From positions 234,670,001 through 234,734,000 of the forward strand of contig OZ024740.1 in NCBI GenBank assembly GCA_964016885.1: DNA of 64,000 nucleotides, given 5' to 3'. The notes beneath the pieces are model-generated. The model saw only the letters and a list, made by a program, of their open reading frames with translations, was not told the DNA's origin and did not search any database. The translations under genes were made by a program, and so were the position numbers. The stretch comes from Eledone cirrhosa (taxonomy: Eukaryota). Of the stretch, positions 41,378 through 54,922 are shown in pieces (the first letter of the stretch is position 1; the number at the start of each line of letters is the position of its first letter).

Positions 41378-41566
41378 AACTGTTTCTACTTTTGGCACAA
41401 GGCCAGCAATTATCTCAGTACATTACTGGTACTTTATTTTATCGACCCCGTAAGGATGAAAGGCAAAGTTAACCTCGGCGGGATTTGAACTCTGACCATA
41501 AAGGGCCGTAACTCTTTGCTGTAAAGCATGGCGTCCGACCCCCTACCGGTACTGCCAATCCGCCGC
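41378..41566 (-). mobile_element. SINE family 1
   Basis: Reverse complement of consensus. Confidence 0.85.
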
Positions 41567-41575
41567 AATAATTAT

Positions 41576-41654
<79 letters not shown>

Positions 41655-41732
41655 CTGACAGAGAGACAGACAAATATACAGACAGACATATAAGCAGACA
41701 AATACACATGCCGTTTATTAGTGTTATTAGCT

Positions 41733-41927
41733 TAGGGTGGTGGATTGGCAGTATCGGTAGAGGATCGGACGCCATGCTTTGACGCATAGAGTTACGGCCC
41801 TTGCCATTCTGAGTTCAAATCCCGCCGAGGTTAACTTTGCCTTTCATCCTTACGGGGTCGATAAAATAAAGTACCAGTAATACACTGGGATAATTGCTGG
41901 CCTTGTGCCAAAAGTAGAAACAATTAT
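41733..41927 (+). mobile_element. SINE family 1
   Basis: TSD tgttattagctt. Confidence 0.9.
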
Positions 41928-42315
41928 TGTTATTAGCTTGTCGAAACTTTCTCCTCTGCCTTTGCTAAAATATCGGAATGGTAAAAATATTAAATTATAT
42001 TGATTCCTATAACCGTCAGATATGTAGGAAAATCTTATTGCCAATTGAATAAACCTCAGTACTTCACTCTATTAGTTTATCGATTCAGAAAATGATGGAG
42101 AGTTAAATCAATTTTGTTGAGAAATGAACTGAGATATTGCAGGACAGAACTAAAGAGACATGCGTTCTTCAGATTTTGTATTGGAAATTGTAATGGTTTC
42201 ATATATTTTATTTCATGTCTTTATAAGTTGGGTTATTTGCCAAGATACAAAATTTTGGTAATAGGAGAAAATATTTATGACCGGTAGATATCTCATTAAT
42301 AAATTATTAGAATAT

Positions 42316-42506
42316 AGGGCGGTGGATTGGCAGTATCGGTAGAGGGTTGGACGCCATGCTTTCCAGCATAGTTACGTCCTTTTACAATCTGAGTTCAAAT
42401 CCCGCCGAGGTTGACTTTGCCTTTCATCCTTACGGGGTCGATAAAATAAAGTACCAGTAATGCACTGGTTAATTGCTGGCCTTGTGCCTAAAGTAGAAAC
42501 AATTAT
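42316..42506 (+). mobile_element. SINE family 1
   Basis: TSD aattattagaatatag. Confidence 0.9.
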
Positions 42507-42529
42507 TAGAATATAGACAGAATAGTATG

Positions 42530-42830
42530 TATGGTCCTGTAACTCCTGATAGGGTCGTAGGGACGCCGTGTTGACATATGGCGTTTCTTGGGCATGTTAT
42601 GCCTGGCAAAACCCATCCCTCTTCAGGCCCGAGTGCAGCAGACTTCTTCCAGATAAAGACAGAAAGTGAGAGAGAGAGAGGAGATGAGAAAGAGAGATAG
42701 AGGAAGAATCCACCCCAATACTAGACTGGTACATTTTTATCGACCTCGAAAGGATGAAAGACAATTTGAACTCAGAGAGCAGAGAGTCGGAACGAACACC
42801 ATAAAGCATTCTATCCGATGTTCTACCAAC
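42530..42830 (-). mobile_element. SINE family 2 (shared central domain, different 3' part)
   Basis: Homologous to 44275-44605 and 48648-49110. Confidence 0.7.
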
Positions 42831-43079
42831 TATAGACAGAATACGCAGAATGACAGAATAATTAAATATACCTTGGCGATTTAATTACACACCTTTTCGT
42901 TCTAAGTTCAAGTCCTACTATAGTCAACTTTCAACTTTGCTTTTCACTTCTGAAGAACTAAAAAAAATATGTAATATTCATATACAACGTTGACTAAATT
43001 CGACTCCAGTAATTTCCAAAAACATGTGATAGTAATCATTTTTTTTGTTTATTAACGGCAGTAGTTTGCTTAAGAATAG

Positions 43080-43515
43080 ACTTCAAATAAGAAATGTTTA
43101 TGAGGGATGGGCAAGAGTGGAAGATAGAACGGGGTGAATGTGTTGGTGAATGAGTGTGAGCGTTGAAAATGCTTCTTTGAAAAAATCGGATTTAAGGAAT
43201 AATAGAAATGTAAAAGGAAGGGAAAGGTAAGGACTCTAGCGTCACAGAAGAATGGGAGAGGAGAGTGATTGGCTCTGGGCCTAGACCGTGGCGGTGTTGG
43301 AGCTGCGGTCCGTGAATAAGACTGCAAAAGCATTCCCACGGACAAAGCCCACGACACCCGCTGCAGCAGCCACCCCACCTCGCGGGATCGCGGGACTTCT
43401 TCCTCAGGCGGGCCGCCGACGTTCCCATCTTGCCGAGGAGCTCGGCAGTACGGGGTCCGGGTGCACCTGAGATCTCGACAGCTACCGGTGCGAAGAGGAA
43501 ACATCCGGACAATCC
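43080..43515 (-). mobile_element. CRE-like non-LTR retrotransposon 3' fragment
   Basis: FAPVAVEISGAPGP..AELL...REVGWLLQRVS; homologous to 53020-53500. Confidence 0.75.
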
Positions 43516-44274
43516 CCTTATCAAAGTCAGTGACTGGGAATGACGTTAGAAGACCAGCTAAGTACTGGTGTCAAATTAACTGACTACACTCCAACACTAT
43601 GATGTCAGTGGACTACACATCCACCCCCAAATTCGTGGACTGTGCCAATGCTAGATACCATTATCATTGAAGTTAACTAAAGTGAATGGCAGAAGGCGTA
43701 GACTTCTCAAAAAAATGCTATGTAATATTTGGTAAATTGAGGTAAATATGAGGTAAATGGATTAAGGATTCCTTCGCTCAAAATGTGTAACTTTGTGAGC
43801 AGCATAAACAGATTTTAAACACCAGAGAAAACAGGCGAGTCTTGTTGCTAGTCAGTAAACAATGCAGGTCTGCACGAAGTAAGCTATTTTACTTAATTAT
43901 GTTTACCTTAAACCCAAGCTAAACATGACACCCTAAATCTTGACTGAAATCCAAATTCTACGCCATTAGCTGTCACCCAAATTTCAAAAGTAATCAAAAC
44001 CATAAGTTTTCAATATGGACTTTAATAATAAATCTTGATCCTAAACCCAAATTTAACCCTAATATTAAGCCTTAACTCTAAATTCTAGACGAAATTTAAA
44101 TTTTAAATCCAAATGCTAACACTATACTCTATACACTAACCCTTAGTATAACAAAATCGACACGTAAAAACCTAACACTCGTTAAACCCTACATTTAGCT
44201 CTAGCAATAAGTCTAAACCTAATTATAAACCCTGATTACCTTACAGTATTTGTATGTATATATGTATGCATAAT

Positions 44275-44605
44275 CCCATAACTCCTGATGGAGTCGTAGG
44301 GTCGTTGTAGTGACACAGAGCGAGTCTTATGCAGTTTAAACCTGACAAAACTCATCCTCTGTCCACGTCAAAACACAATCGATTGCTTCCAGAGAATAAG
44401 AGTGAAAAGTGATAGAGAGATCGTGATAGAGAGATATAGAAAATGTATTGACCCAGTACTAGACTGTTACCTTTTTTATCGACCTCATAAGGATGAAAGG
44501 CAAAGTTGATCGCGGTGGGATTTGAACTCACAGTGTGGAGAGCTGGATTGAATATCTCAAAGCATTCTATCGGATATTCTAACGACTCTTCCAGTTCGCT
44601 GCCTC
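44275..44605 (-). mobile_element. SINE family 2
   Basis: Homologous to 42530-42830. Confidence 0.7.
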
Positions 44606-45118
44606 TTCCAGTATCTAGCTTTATCCATCAATGTTAAGATGGCATCCATCTCGAGCTGACTTTACTTTTCATACCTCAACAAACGTGACAAGAAATCACG
44701 TTTGTTGACAAATCAATATCAGTTGTGCCATAAAATAATAAATAAATAAATAAATAAATGATAATTTGAAAGTGATAAAGGAAAAAGAGAGACAGCGAGA
44801 AAGGAAACGAAAGAGAAAGGGAAGAAGAAGCAACAACACTAGGTTATCAACCTCTGCCACCACAACCACTACCATCATACCATTACTACGTTAGCACTTT
44901 ATACTGCCATACAACCAAATCTAAACGATATATTATACCATCACTATATCACTACCACTAATACCAAGAACACTATAACATGACCACTCCACCAAGACTA
45001 CTATACTACTACTAATATATTACTATCACAATTCTACAACTACCCAGGGCTGGTACTGCCATTAAGGTCAACTAGGCAGTCGCTTAAGGTGTAAACTTTA
45101 GAGAGGCACACTACTTGA

Positions 45119-46458
45119 CTTTAACCCCTTAGCATTTACATTACTCTATATATACTGTTGCATTAATGAACTTTAACCCCTTAGTATTTACATTACTCTA
45201 TATATACTGTTGCATTACTGAACTTTAACCCCTTAGTATTTACATTACTCTATATATACTGTTGCATTACTGAACTTTAACCCCTTAGTATTTACATTAC
45301 TCTATATATACTGTTGCATTACTGAACTTTAACCCCTTAGTATTTACATTACTCTATATATACTGTTGCATTACTGAACTTTAACCCCTTAGTATTTACA
45401 TTACTCTATATATACTGTTGCATTACTGAACTTTAACCCCTTAGTATTTACATTACTCTATATATACTGTTGCATTACTGAACTTTAACCCCTTAGTATT
45501 TACATTACTCTATATATACTGTTGCATTACTGAACTTTAACCCCTTAGTATTTACATTACTCTATATATACTGTTGCATTACTGAACTTTAACCCCTTAG
45601 TATTTACATTACTCTATATATACTGTTGCATTACTGGACTTTAACCCCTTAGCATTTACATTACTCTATATATACTGTTGCATTACTGGACTTTAACCCC
45701 TTAGCATTTACATTACTCTATATATACTGTTGCATTACTGGACTTTAACCCCTTAGTATTTACATTACTCTATATATACTGTTGCATTACTGGACTTTAA
45801 CCCCTTAGTATTTACATTACTCTATATATACTGTTGCATTACTGGACTTTAACCCCTTAGCATTTACATTACTCTATATATACTGTTGCATTACTGGACT
45901 TTAACCCCTTAGCATTTACATTACTCTATATATACTGTTGCATTACTGGACTTTAACCCCTTAGTATTTACATTACTCTATATATACTGTTGCATTACTG
46001 GACTTTAACCCCTTAGTATTTACATTACTCTATATATACTGTTGCATTACTGGACTTTAACCCCTTAGTATTTACATTACTCTATATATACTGTTGCATT
46101 ACTGGACTTTAACCCCTTAGCATTTACATTACTCTATATATACTGTTGCATTACTGGACTTTAACCCCTTAGTATTTACATTACTCTATATATACTGTTG
46201 CATTACTGGACTTTAACCCCTTAGTATTTACATTACTCTATATATACTGTTGCATTACTGGACTTTAACCCCTTAGTATTTACATTACTCTATATATACT
46301 GTTGCATTACTGGACTTTAACCCCTTAGCATTTACATTACTCTATATATACTGTTGCATTACTGGACTTTAACCCCTTAGCATTTACATTACTCTATATA
46401 TACTGTTGCATTACTGGACTTTAACCCCTTAGCATTTACATTACTCTATATATACTGA
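45119..46458. repeat. 52-bp tandem satellite, 25 full units plus one partial
   Basis: Unit ctttaaccccttag(t/c)atttacattactctatatatactgttgcattactg(a/g)a; starts at 45119, 45171, ... 46419. Confidence 0.98.
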
Positions 46459-46642
46459 TATATTGTACGATGAAGGCTTCAACTCACAATTATTTCACAT
46501 AATATCGAATCTATGAGATTTTGATATAATTTATTTTGAGAACGATACCTTAATATCAGTATGAATGGCCAATTACAGCCGGTTTGGATAGAAAGAGGTG
46601 AGAGAATTCTGGCCGGATATGGCCGATTTAAATGTTAAAGGG
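46425..46642. mobile_element. piggyBac-type MITE (TTAA TSD)
   Basis: ttaa|ccccttagcattta ... taaatgttaaaggg|ttaa. Confidence 0.7.
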
Positions 46643-48647
46643 TTAAAGAATCACAGTTTAATATAAATTAGTATAATAAAATTAAATATATAATAATTCC
46701 TTGCGAGCAATAATTAAATCGCTAACCATCTTTGAACCTTGAAACTTAACTATGTGCGGCGATGCTGCTACGCTTCATTTTGGTGGTAAGATTAAGCAGT
46801 GTTCTGGTAATGCTCACACTATCAAATGACAGTTGGAGTTGAGCACAACATTCTCACGAGACATAGTTCGGTCAGGATAAGTGCTCATATTTGGTAGTTA
46901 ACCAGAAAAAGATTGTTGACCAGATATGAGCATCAATGTTCTGTCAATTTCTCCAGACTCTAATGACGGTTGCTACAAGTAACTTGGTTTTGAATGTTGT
47001 GTATGAAAAATGAAATATAAATAGTTGTTGTTTTAATGACACAATGAATGTGAAAACATTTTTTAGTGTTAAATTATTTTCATGGTTTGTATATTTTATA
47101 TTTTCATAGTTTTATATTTCATAGTCTGGGATTTCAAAAATTGTAATATATATTTTCAGGTTTCTGTTTACTTATTTTTCTAACTTGATTTGTAGCTGAG
47201 TTATTTGATAGAAATTTTGGCTTATTGAACAGAATAATTAAACCTCATGCTATACTCTCCTCCTACCTAAAATACGTCCCTCTTAATTACTTAATACGTC
47301 TAATTGAAAAGAAGTAACATGGGGAAGCAGAAGTTCAACTCAGAGCTCACATTGTACCTTATAGATATGATATCATTTATTTAGGAACAAAACGATAAAG
47401 TTTATAAGAAAGGTAAAATAGAATTTTTTTCAACCCATTTTTTCTTTTGATCGCAATATCGCAACCAAAGTGGGATCTCATATAGCTGATCACTCCAGCC
47501 TCCGTGTAGATATACAAAGCCGAAAGAAAGCTTTTTTTATTTTTTACTTGGCATCTGTTGCCTTCTGTAAAGCATACTTTTACAACAACCCAGAAATCAA
47601 AAAATGCCTATCTCAGCTGGATAATTGAAAACATTATATCTTTTACTGTACAATGTCTCGTGGTTCTGAATTTACATATTGCTAATGGTCAATTTAGTCT
47701 TGCATATTTTTAAAGTCAATAAAATATATTCCAATAATTGATGTTTCACCATTCAATCATGACGCAAGGGAAACACTTAGGATTTCATTTTAAATGTTTT
47801 CTTATTTTTTTTATTTTTTGTTTTGCTTTTCTTTTTTTTTTTTGTTTATTTTCGTTCATGTTAGCTTGGTGGTGATAATCTCTAACTATTAACAAAGGAA
47901 TCTGGAATTAGCAATGTATGCTAACAGAATATTCATCAATTTTAATGTACTACCATGCTTACAACTGTAGCTTACCTCCGCCAGGTGGCATTTAAAAGAT
48001 TTAAAGTGTCTTGGCCATGAATTCGTGAATTGACAATTCTGAACTAAAGTGAGTTAAATAGGCTGTTCTGCTTTTTATACCACATGATCTATAGGATTTT
48101 CCTTTCGCTAACAAATACATAGCAAAACTAACTTCAGATGACTAGTTCTCTTTTGCATGTTAATTCACTATGCTTAACCAATCCTGATAAACTGCTTGAA
48201 AGAACGTTACTTATGTTTCAGCCGACTTGGTGCAATAAAAACATGCATATTCTCACATCTTACAAGAGTTTATCTTGCTTTCCTGACGGACGGTGATATG
48301 GTAAAAAAATGTTTCTCATAATTCTGTGAATTGTTTTCTTTTTATTGAAATAAAAAGTTATATTTCTCTTTATAACATTGGCACAAAGCCAGAGATTCGG
48401 GAAAGGGGAAAGTCGATCATATCGGCTCGGCACTTTATTTTATCTACCTTGGTAGGATAAAAAAACAAATTTGACCTTGGTGGTATTTGAACGTAAATAA
48501 ATACCAGAAAGCATTTTGTCATACGCTATACCAATACTGCCATTTGCACCAGCCTCCTATATTTCTCTTTATAACGTACACTGTTTTATTTTGACATTAC
48601 AAACAAAACTTCACGAACATTCCATTTTCTTTCTTTTTTTCTTTTTA

Positions 48648-49110
48648 GTCCCGTACTTCCTGATAGAGTCGTCGGGGAACCGTGTTGCCATACCGCGTTT
48701 CTTGGACATTTTAATCCTGGCGGAACCCATCCCTCTTCAGGACTGAGTACAGCAGATTTCTTCCAGAGAAAAACAGAAAGTGAGAGAGAGAGCATATGGG
48801 ACAGAGATATAGAAGAAGAATCCACCCCAATACTAGACTGGTACTTTCTTTTTTTATCGACCTCGAAAGGATGAAAGGCAATTTGAACTTAGAGAGCAGA
48901 CTTCTTCCAGAGAAAGATAGAAAGTGAGAGAGAGGAAATGAGAAAGAGATATAGAGGAAGAATCGGCCCCACTACTAGACTGGTGCTTTTTTATCGACCT
49001 CGAAAAGATGGAAAGCAAAGTTGACCTCTGTGGGATTTGAACTCAGAGAGCAGAGAGTCAGAACAAATGCCATAAAGCATTCTATCCGACGTTCTAACGA
49101 CTCTGCCAAT
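48648..49110 (-). mobile_element. SINE family 2 with internal tandem duplication
   Basis: Block about 48755-48898 repeated at about 48899-49052. Confidence 0.7.
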
Positions 49111-49709
49111 TCATTCATGTTATAGTATTTACTTGCTTTTGTTGTTTTCTCAGTACGCATACACATTTCTGTTTGTTCCTCACTGTGTCGATTTTTGCTG
49201 GCTAAAATTATTTGCTCTGCCTTGCATATTTATTTTGGCATGTTCTACATCATATTACACGCAGACTTTACTTAGCAAGTTTAATTGTTCATTAGAGATC
49301 TTCTGAGTTCAACAGGCCACTGTTTAGTCACTGAATAAATAATCTCTTCGTGTGGAATATGCTACAAATAAAAACATATTTTAACTACAGTTAAACCGGA
49401 GTCAACTTTTGCATAATGCACTGGAGAAGAATATTTCTCCTGTACTAGAAAAGCTTAGTTAACAATGACCTAGAGACCATCAACCCCCCCCCCCCCCACA
49501 CACACACACACACACACACATACATTCTTCTGTGACCCTAGAGCCCTTGCCATTTCCTTCCTTTTCCGTTTTCATAACCACAAAAGACACTTGCATTTTT
49601 ATCTGCTGATTGAAGCTTATGTTATATTAAAAACAACATTATAGAATTATGTAATATAACGCGGAAAAACTTATAGCATATGTTTTAGCATATGTTATGA
49701 CAGTAAATA

Positions 49710-49895
49710 CAGGTAAAATTCTGTTATTTCGAATACCATTGTAACGAATTTTTCAGTAGAATGAAATTTTTTGCAATCCCGGAGGCAATAACAAACAAAC
49801 GCTCGATTTGTTTCAGTCGATCTCGTTATAAAGAATTTTCCGTTACAACGAATTTTTTATATCCCGTGAATTTCGTTTATAACGGAATTTCACTG
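49710..49895. mobile_element. Tc1/mariner (pogo/Tigger-like) MITE
   Basis: ta|caggtaaaattctgttat ... ataacggaatttcactg|ta. Confidence 0.75.
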
Positions 49896-50732
49896 TATAC
49901 AGTTTTATATAAATCTTTATCAGAGATTTATATAAAACCGTGGAGCGTCAATTAGTCCAGGATATTATCTTCCATATAATTATCTCAACAAATACTAAAG
50001 AAATTTTGAATAAAATACTCTTTTCTTCATAGTTTTTCACTTTTACCATCCTTATTTTTAGTGTTGGTTTTCTGGAAGATAGTGTGTACATGAAAGTTTA
50101 AGTGTGAGTGTATATGTGTAAATGTGTATATGTATAAATGTGCGTATGTGATGTTGTTAGGCAATTGTGTGTGACAATGGATATTCCAGGAACTGCATTA
50201 TCCAGCAATATATAGCTATAAGTACTGGACAAAAGCTAATATGATGTGTTTGTGTTCAGCTAATGGGATATCGATAGAAAGTACAACGTATATACTTTAA
50301 GAACCAACCCATGCAAGAGTGGCATAAATTGCTACTACTACTACTGCTACTGTTGCTGATGCTGCTGATGCTACTACTACTACTACTAGGTCAGCAATTT
50401 TTCAGAAGTGGGTGAGTGAAATCGACTTAAGGTTATGACTGATACTTTATTTTATCGATCCCTGAAAGATGAAAGACAAAGTTGACCTCGGCAAGATATG
50501 CACCCAGAACGTAAAAGTTGAAACAAATTGCCTAAAGGTATTTTTCCCGACGCTTTAACCATTCTGCCAATATATAATAAACTTAATCATTTTGTAGCAA
50601 CATGAGTTCCTTGTTATGTGTGTTTTGTTTTAGAAAATATAATAAAAAAAGATGATAGTACTACGAGTATATAAATGTTTGAAGAAAACATCCAATCACC
50701 CCAAAATTGTTGCTCACAACTTCCTTTCATAT

Positions 50733-50840
50733 CTACACAAGAGCACATTTCTCTCTGCTCCTTCGTCTACGTAAAGGAGTAAATGAAGGACTATACGGGC
50801 GGCAAAATATATTGGCATCGCCCTGCACAGTATTGTCCAT
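50733..50840 (-). CDS. Candidate small ORF or terminal coding exon ending in polybasic plus CaaX motif
   Basis: MDNTVQGDANIFCRPYSPSFTPLRRRRSREKCALV* inside a non-repetitive segment bounded by ttttatatAG (50944) and GTGAG (50717). Confidence 0.3.
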   Translation of the reverse strand: MDNTVQGDANIFCRPYSPSFTPLRRRRSREKCALV

Positions 50841-51035
50841 CGTAAGATCTGGCTACTATTGACCAAATTTATTGAGGTTGTTTTCACGATCACCTCAATA
50901 ACTTTAACTACACCTGTCATACCTGTATTAACAACCGGTATTTCTATATAAAACCATAAACAGACTAGTCGTGGTCATTGTTATTCCAAGCTTGTGTAGC
51001 CTACAACGAAGGCAAGCTAAGGATATTGGGCATTT

Positions 51036-51174
51036 AGAGTTACGGCCCTTGCCATTCTGAGTTCAAATCCCGCCGAGGTTAACTTTGCCTTTCATCCTTA
51101 CGAGGTCGATAAAATAAAGTACCAGTAATACACTGGGTAATTGCTGGCCTTGTGCCTAACGTAGAAACAATTAT
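51036..51174 (+). mobile_element. 5'-truncated SINE family 1
   Basis: Consensus match. Confidence 0.85.
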
Positions 51175-51184
51175 CTATAATATA

Positions 51185-51440
51185 GGATCTAAGTCTGCCT
51201 GAAGCCAGAAGGCTCGTTAGGCCGATGCTTATCCCGGTTTCGGGGCATGAAGCGCTTGAGAGTACACGAATCTCTCCATCGCAAGGTTAAAGCCCCAGCT
51301 ATTGTTGGCTGGTACTGGAGCAGCGTGAAATAAAATGTTTTGCTCAAGAACACCACACGCAACCTAGCCCACAAGTTGAACCCACAACATTATGATCGTA
51401 AGTCCAACACCCTTACCACTAAGCCACACGGCTCCACATA
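51185..51440 (-). mobile_element. tRNA-derived CORE-like SINE
   Basis: Minus: tggcttagtggtaag...gggttcaact...ttcttgagcaaaacattttatttc; related piece at 55295-55408. Confidence 0.6.
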
Positions 51441-52501
51441 ATATAGATGTATGTTTAAAATACTATAGTATTCAAACATTAACAAAATGAGCATTCAATA
51501 CTCGTGGGTAGAATGTAAATTTTATTTTCTAAACTTTCGAAGTCACTAACTTTCATATTTTTATTTAGAAAAATAATATGTGTGTGTGTGGGGGGGGGGG
51601 GGGTATGTAGCAAAATTACACACAGAAAAAACGAAACATGAGACGAACAAACGAAAGCAAATAACTTCCTCGTCGGCCATTCGATGGGTCATGCAATTTC
51701 GTGCTGAATATGGGATTGCATAATAATGAGTCTATGTTGCAGGTCGGCTTGAACAAGCCGACGGAAAGATTCATACGAGACAACACAACAACATAGAGAC
51801 AGCATAAATAAAAATGATGGAGTGTCTTCGACTAGGACAGCAAATTAAGTACGTAAACCTTTACCACTGGAAATAGGACATGTTGTGCAAATGGTAACGA
51901 AGAAAGATGAGAAATATAAATAGACTTTCGTCACAAAAGTGTAAAGAGGAGCAAACAACAGTAGTGAAAGAAAGAAGTCCTCAATTTCCAGTCTTTCTTT
52001 ACACAGCCACTGCTATTCCCCCATCATCACTACAATCTCCACCACCGCCTCTACCATCACCCTCAAACAACCACCACCACTACCACTTCTCAACCAGTAT
52101 CGCGACGACAACCCAATCATCATCACCACCACCGCGCACACCAGTAATACCATAGAACCATAGAAGGAGCGTATACTGACATTCAATTATAATTCCTTCA
52201 AATCATACCATACAGTCTTTAAAATAAATAAAAAACACATTAAATAAGGTAGTCATATATATATATATATACAGATAGTTGAAATGCTTTCATCTGGTCT
52301 GATATGGTGATATCTACTACATTAAATGTTGCTACACATTTCTAGAAAAATATCACATGATCCACATAACAGGCGCAATGTGTCCGAACACGGAAGAGCC
52401 GAACTCCCACTGTCATCGCCCCCATCTCTCTCCCCCTCCCCATCTCTCTGTATTCTGGTCTGGCTGTAGTTCGAATTTTAGTTGAAAGCTATTGTTTAGT
52501 G

Positions 52502-52826
52502 CAGAGGTTCTCAAAGTGGGCGTTTCTGCCCGCTTCCGGGGGTGGGGGTGGGAGAAGGTCTGTGGGGGCGGTAGACGTGATATAATAGTATACTAAATAT
52601 CAAATGATACATATTATATAGAAATATAGTAAAATAAAAAATATATAATATTTATTCATACATAATACATATTATATTATTTATTATATATAAATTAACG
52701 ATTTTATTTATTATTTATTATTTACAATTTGCGTGTAGGCTAGTCTCTCTGGAAACAGAGTGGGGGCGCTGAGTTTATTACGTGGCCATGAGAGTGGGGG
52801 CGGCCCAAAATGTTTGAGAACCTCTG
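52502..52826. mobile_element. hAT-type MITE with 8-bp TSD
   Basis: TIRs cagaggttctcaaa / tttgagaacctctg; TSD gtttagtg. Confidence 0.9.
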
Positions 52827-53019
52827 GTTTAGTGTAGTTAGTATACAAGGGAAACAACTAGAATTCAAGGGAGATAACTTTAACTATCTATTGGGTTGTC
52901 AAGTATGTAATTTGTAGAAATTTGTTTTTTGTTCTACGAATTTCTACAAATTTCATACTTGATGATCTAAGAGATTAAAAAAAATATAAATTGTTCGGTT
53001 TTTCAATAAGTTGATCTAA

Positions 53020-53500
53020 AACCATATTGTGGCGTGACGTGCCGCGACTCGTTTTCCGTCTCCAGCCTTGACGCTTCAGCCACAAACCCGGGCTCCGCGG
53101 CCCTCAATGTGGGGGAGAAGAAGATAGTTAAATACCGGGGCCTGACTGACCGCTTCCTCTTCGCATCGGTTTCCGTCCAGACCTTTGGCGTCCTTGGTCC
53201 TCGCACTGCTGATTTCCTACGTAAAGTCGGAAAGACGGCGGCCCGCTTGAGAAGGGAGCCCCGTGAGGTGGGATAGCTATTGCAGCGGGTGTCTCTGGCC
53301 ATTCTCCCTGGTAACGCATTTGCCGGTTTTTCCACGAGGTGGGGCTGAGGCACCGCTCATACTGGGGTGTAGCGTCTGTCCCTACTCCTCTCCTATCTTT
53401 CCTTGCTTAATCCTTCTTTCTTTTTCTCCTTTCCATTTTCTTCTTTTTTCTTCCTTTTCTGTTCCCTTTAATGGTGTGTTTTGTTTTTATTAAGTACTGT
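53020..53500 (+). mobile_element. CRE-like non-LTR retrotransposon 3' fragment
   Basis: DVTCRDSF...EKKIVKY...VQTFGVLGP...QRVSLAI.PGNA (RLE C-terminus). Confidence 0.8.
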
Positions 53501-53538
53501 TCAATTATTTTTATATGTCAATGGCTTTTCATTATATT

Positions 53539-53714
53539 AGTATCGGTAGAGGGTCGGATGCCATGCTTTGAAGCATAGAGTTACCTCCCTGTATGATCTG
53601 AGTTCAAATCCCGCCGAGGTTAACTTTGCCTTTCATCCTTACGGGGTCGATAAAATAAAGTACCAGTAATGCACTGGGTAATTGCTGGCTTTGTGCCAAA
53701 AGTAGAAAGAATTA
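53539..53714 (+). mobile_element. SINE family 1
   Basis: Consensus match. Confidence 0.85.
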
Positions 53715-54692
53715 TATTCCGAGAGATTGTATATTGAATAAAGAAAAGAAATTGTTAGTCTATGTATAAATTTCTGCGATTCTGTCACAACACGTAAAGA
53801 GAGAGGAGTAGTTTGACTACCTCATACTACTCCTCTCTTTTTACGTGTTATGAGAGAATCGCATTGCAAATGTATGTGTGTGTGTTTGTGTGAATGCATG
53901 TGCGTGTTTGTGTGAATGTATGTGTGTGTTTGTGTGAATGTATGTCTTTGAGTGTGTATTTTTGTAAGTGTGTCTGTGTTGGCGTGTTTATATCTATATA
54001 CTCATACATATAAATGTATGTATATGCACATACACACAGGCCCACACATATACACATACGCGTCAGCGTATGGAAAAAAATTATAGTTTCAAAATAAAGC
54101 TATATGAAAAAAAAAAAAAAAAAAAAACATTATTTGAAGCCAGAAGATTCCTCAACAACTTTGCAGGAATTGAACTCACCCTTATAGATTAACGAATCTC
54201 TCATCCATTTCTCCGAACTGACATTACTTTAAAGCTGTAAATTATATACGATACTATATATTCACGTGTGATAGCTCGTGGTCGAGTTATTATGGTATTT
54301 GGACCAATTCTTGTACCGAGCTGTTCATTTGGGTTCTGTTTAAATTACTTTATTACACGTTGCTCCTTCGGCCAGAAGTTGTGAGCAGCAGATAGTATCA
54401 GCTATAGAAAAACCAAGGGAAACATTGTTTCCTTAGTCCGTTCTGACAATCGGATTCTTCCCTTTCCTATATAATCATATTACGTATACAGCGTAGTATA
54501 TAATTTATATACTACACCCATTTAAAGTTATTTAGGTGATACGCATGAGAGTTTACTACTATTTCTGGCGTGTTGAAAGATAATATGTCGAGGCGCTTCT
54601 TCCCTAGTTCGTGGATGGCTTTTACGTGTAATTGTTTCTGTTGCAAAGCTACTAATTGATGTATTGAAGCAGTTAACTTATATTATTTCAAT

Positions 54693-54887
54693 AGAGGCGG
54701 TAGATTGGCAGTATCGGTAGAGGGTCGGAAGGCCATGATTTGACGCATAGAGTTGCGGCCCTTGCCATTCTGAGTTCAAATCCCGCCGAAGTCAACTTTG
54801 CCTTTCATCCTTATGGGGTCGATAAAATAAAGTACCAATAATACACTGGATAATTGCTAGCCTTGTGCCAAAAGTCGAAACAATTAT
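54693..54887 (+). mobile_element. SINE family 1
   Basis: TSD ttatttcaatagagg. Confidence 0.9.
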
Positions 54888-54922
54888 TTCAATAGAGGAG
54901 TTGATTCAAGTGAGGTGATTAC

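Noticed and set aside
43812-43884. AG...GTAAG-bounded candidate exon on the plus strand
   Set aside because: Weak acceptor and no recognisable peptide.
45119-46458. CRISPR-like array
   Set aside because: Head-to-tail near-identical units, no unique spacers, no cas genes, eukaryotic context.
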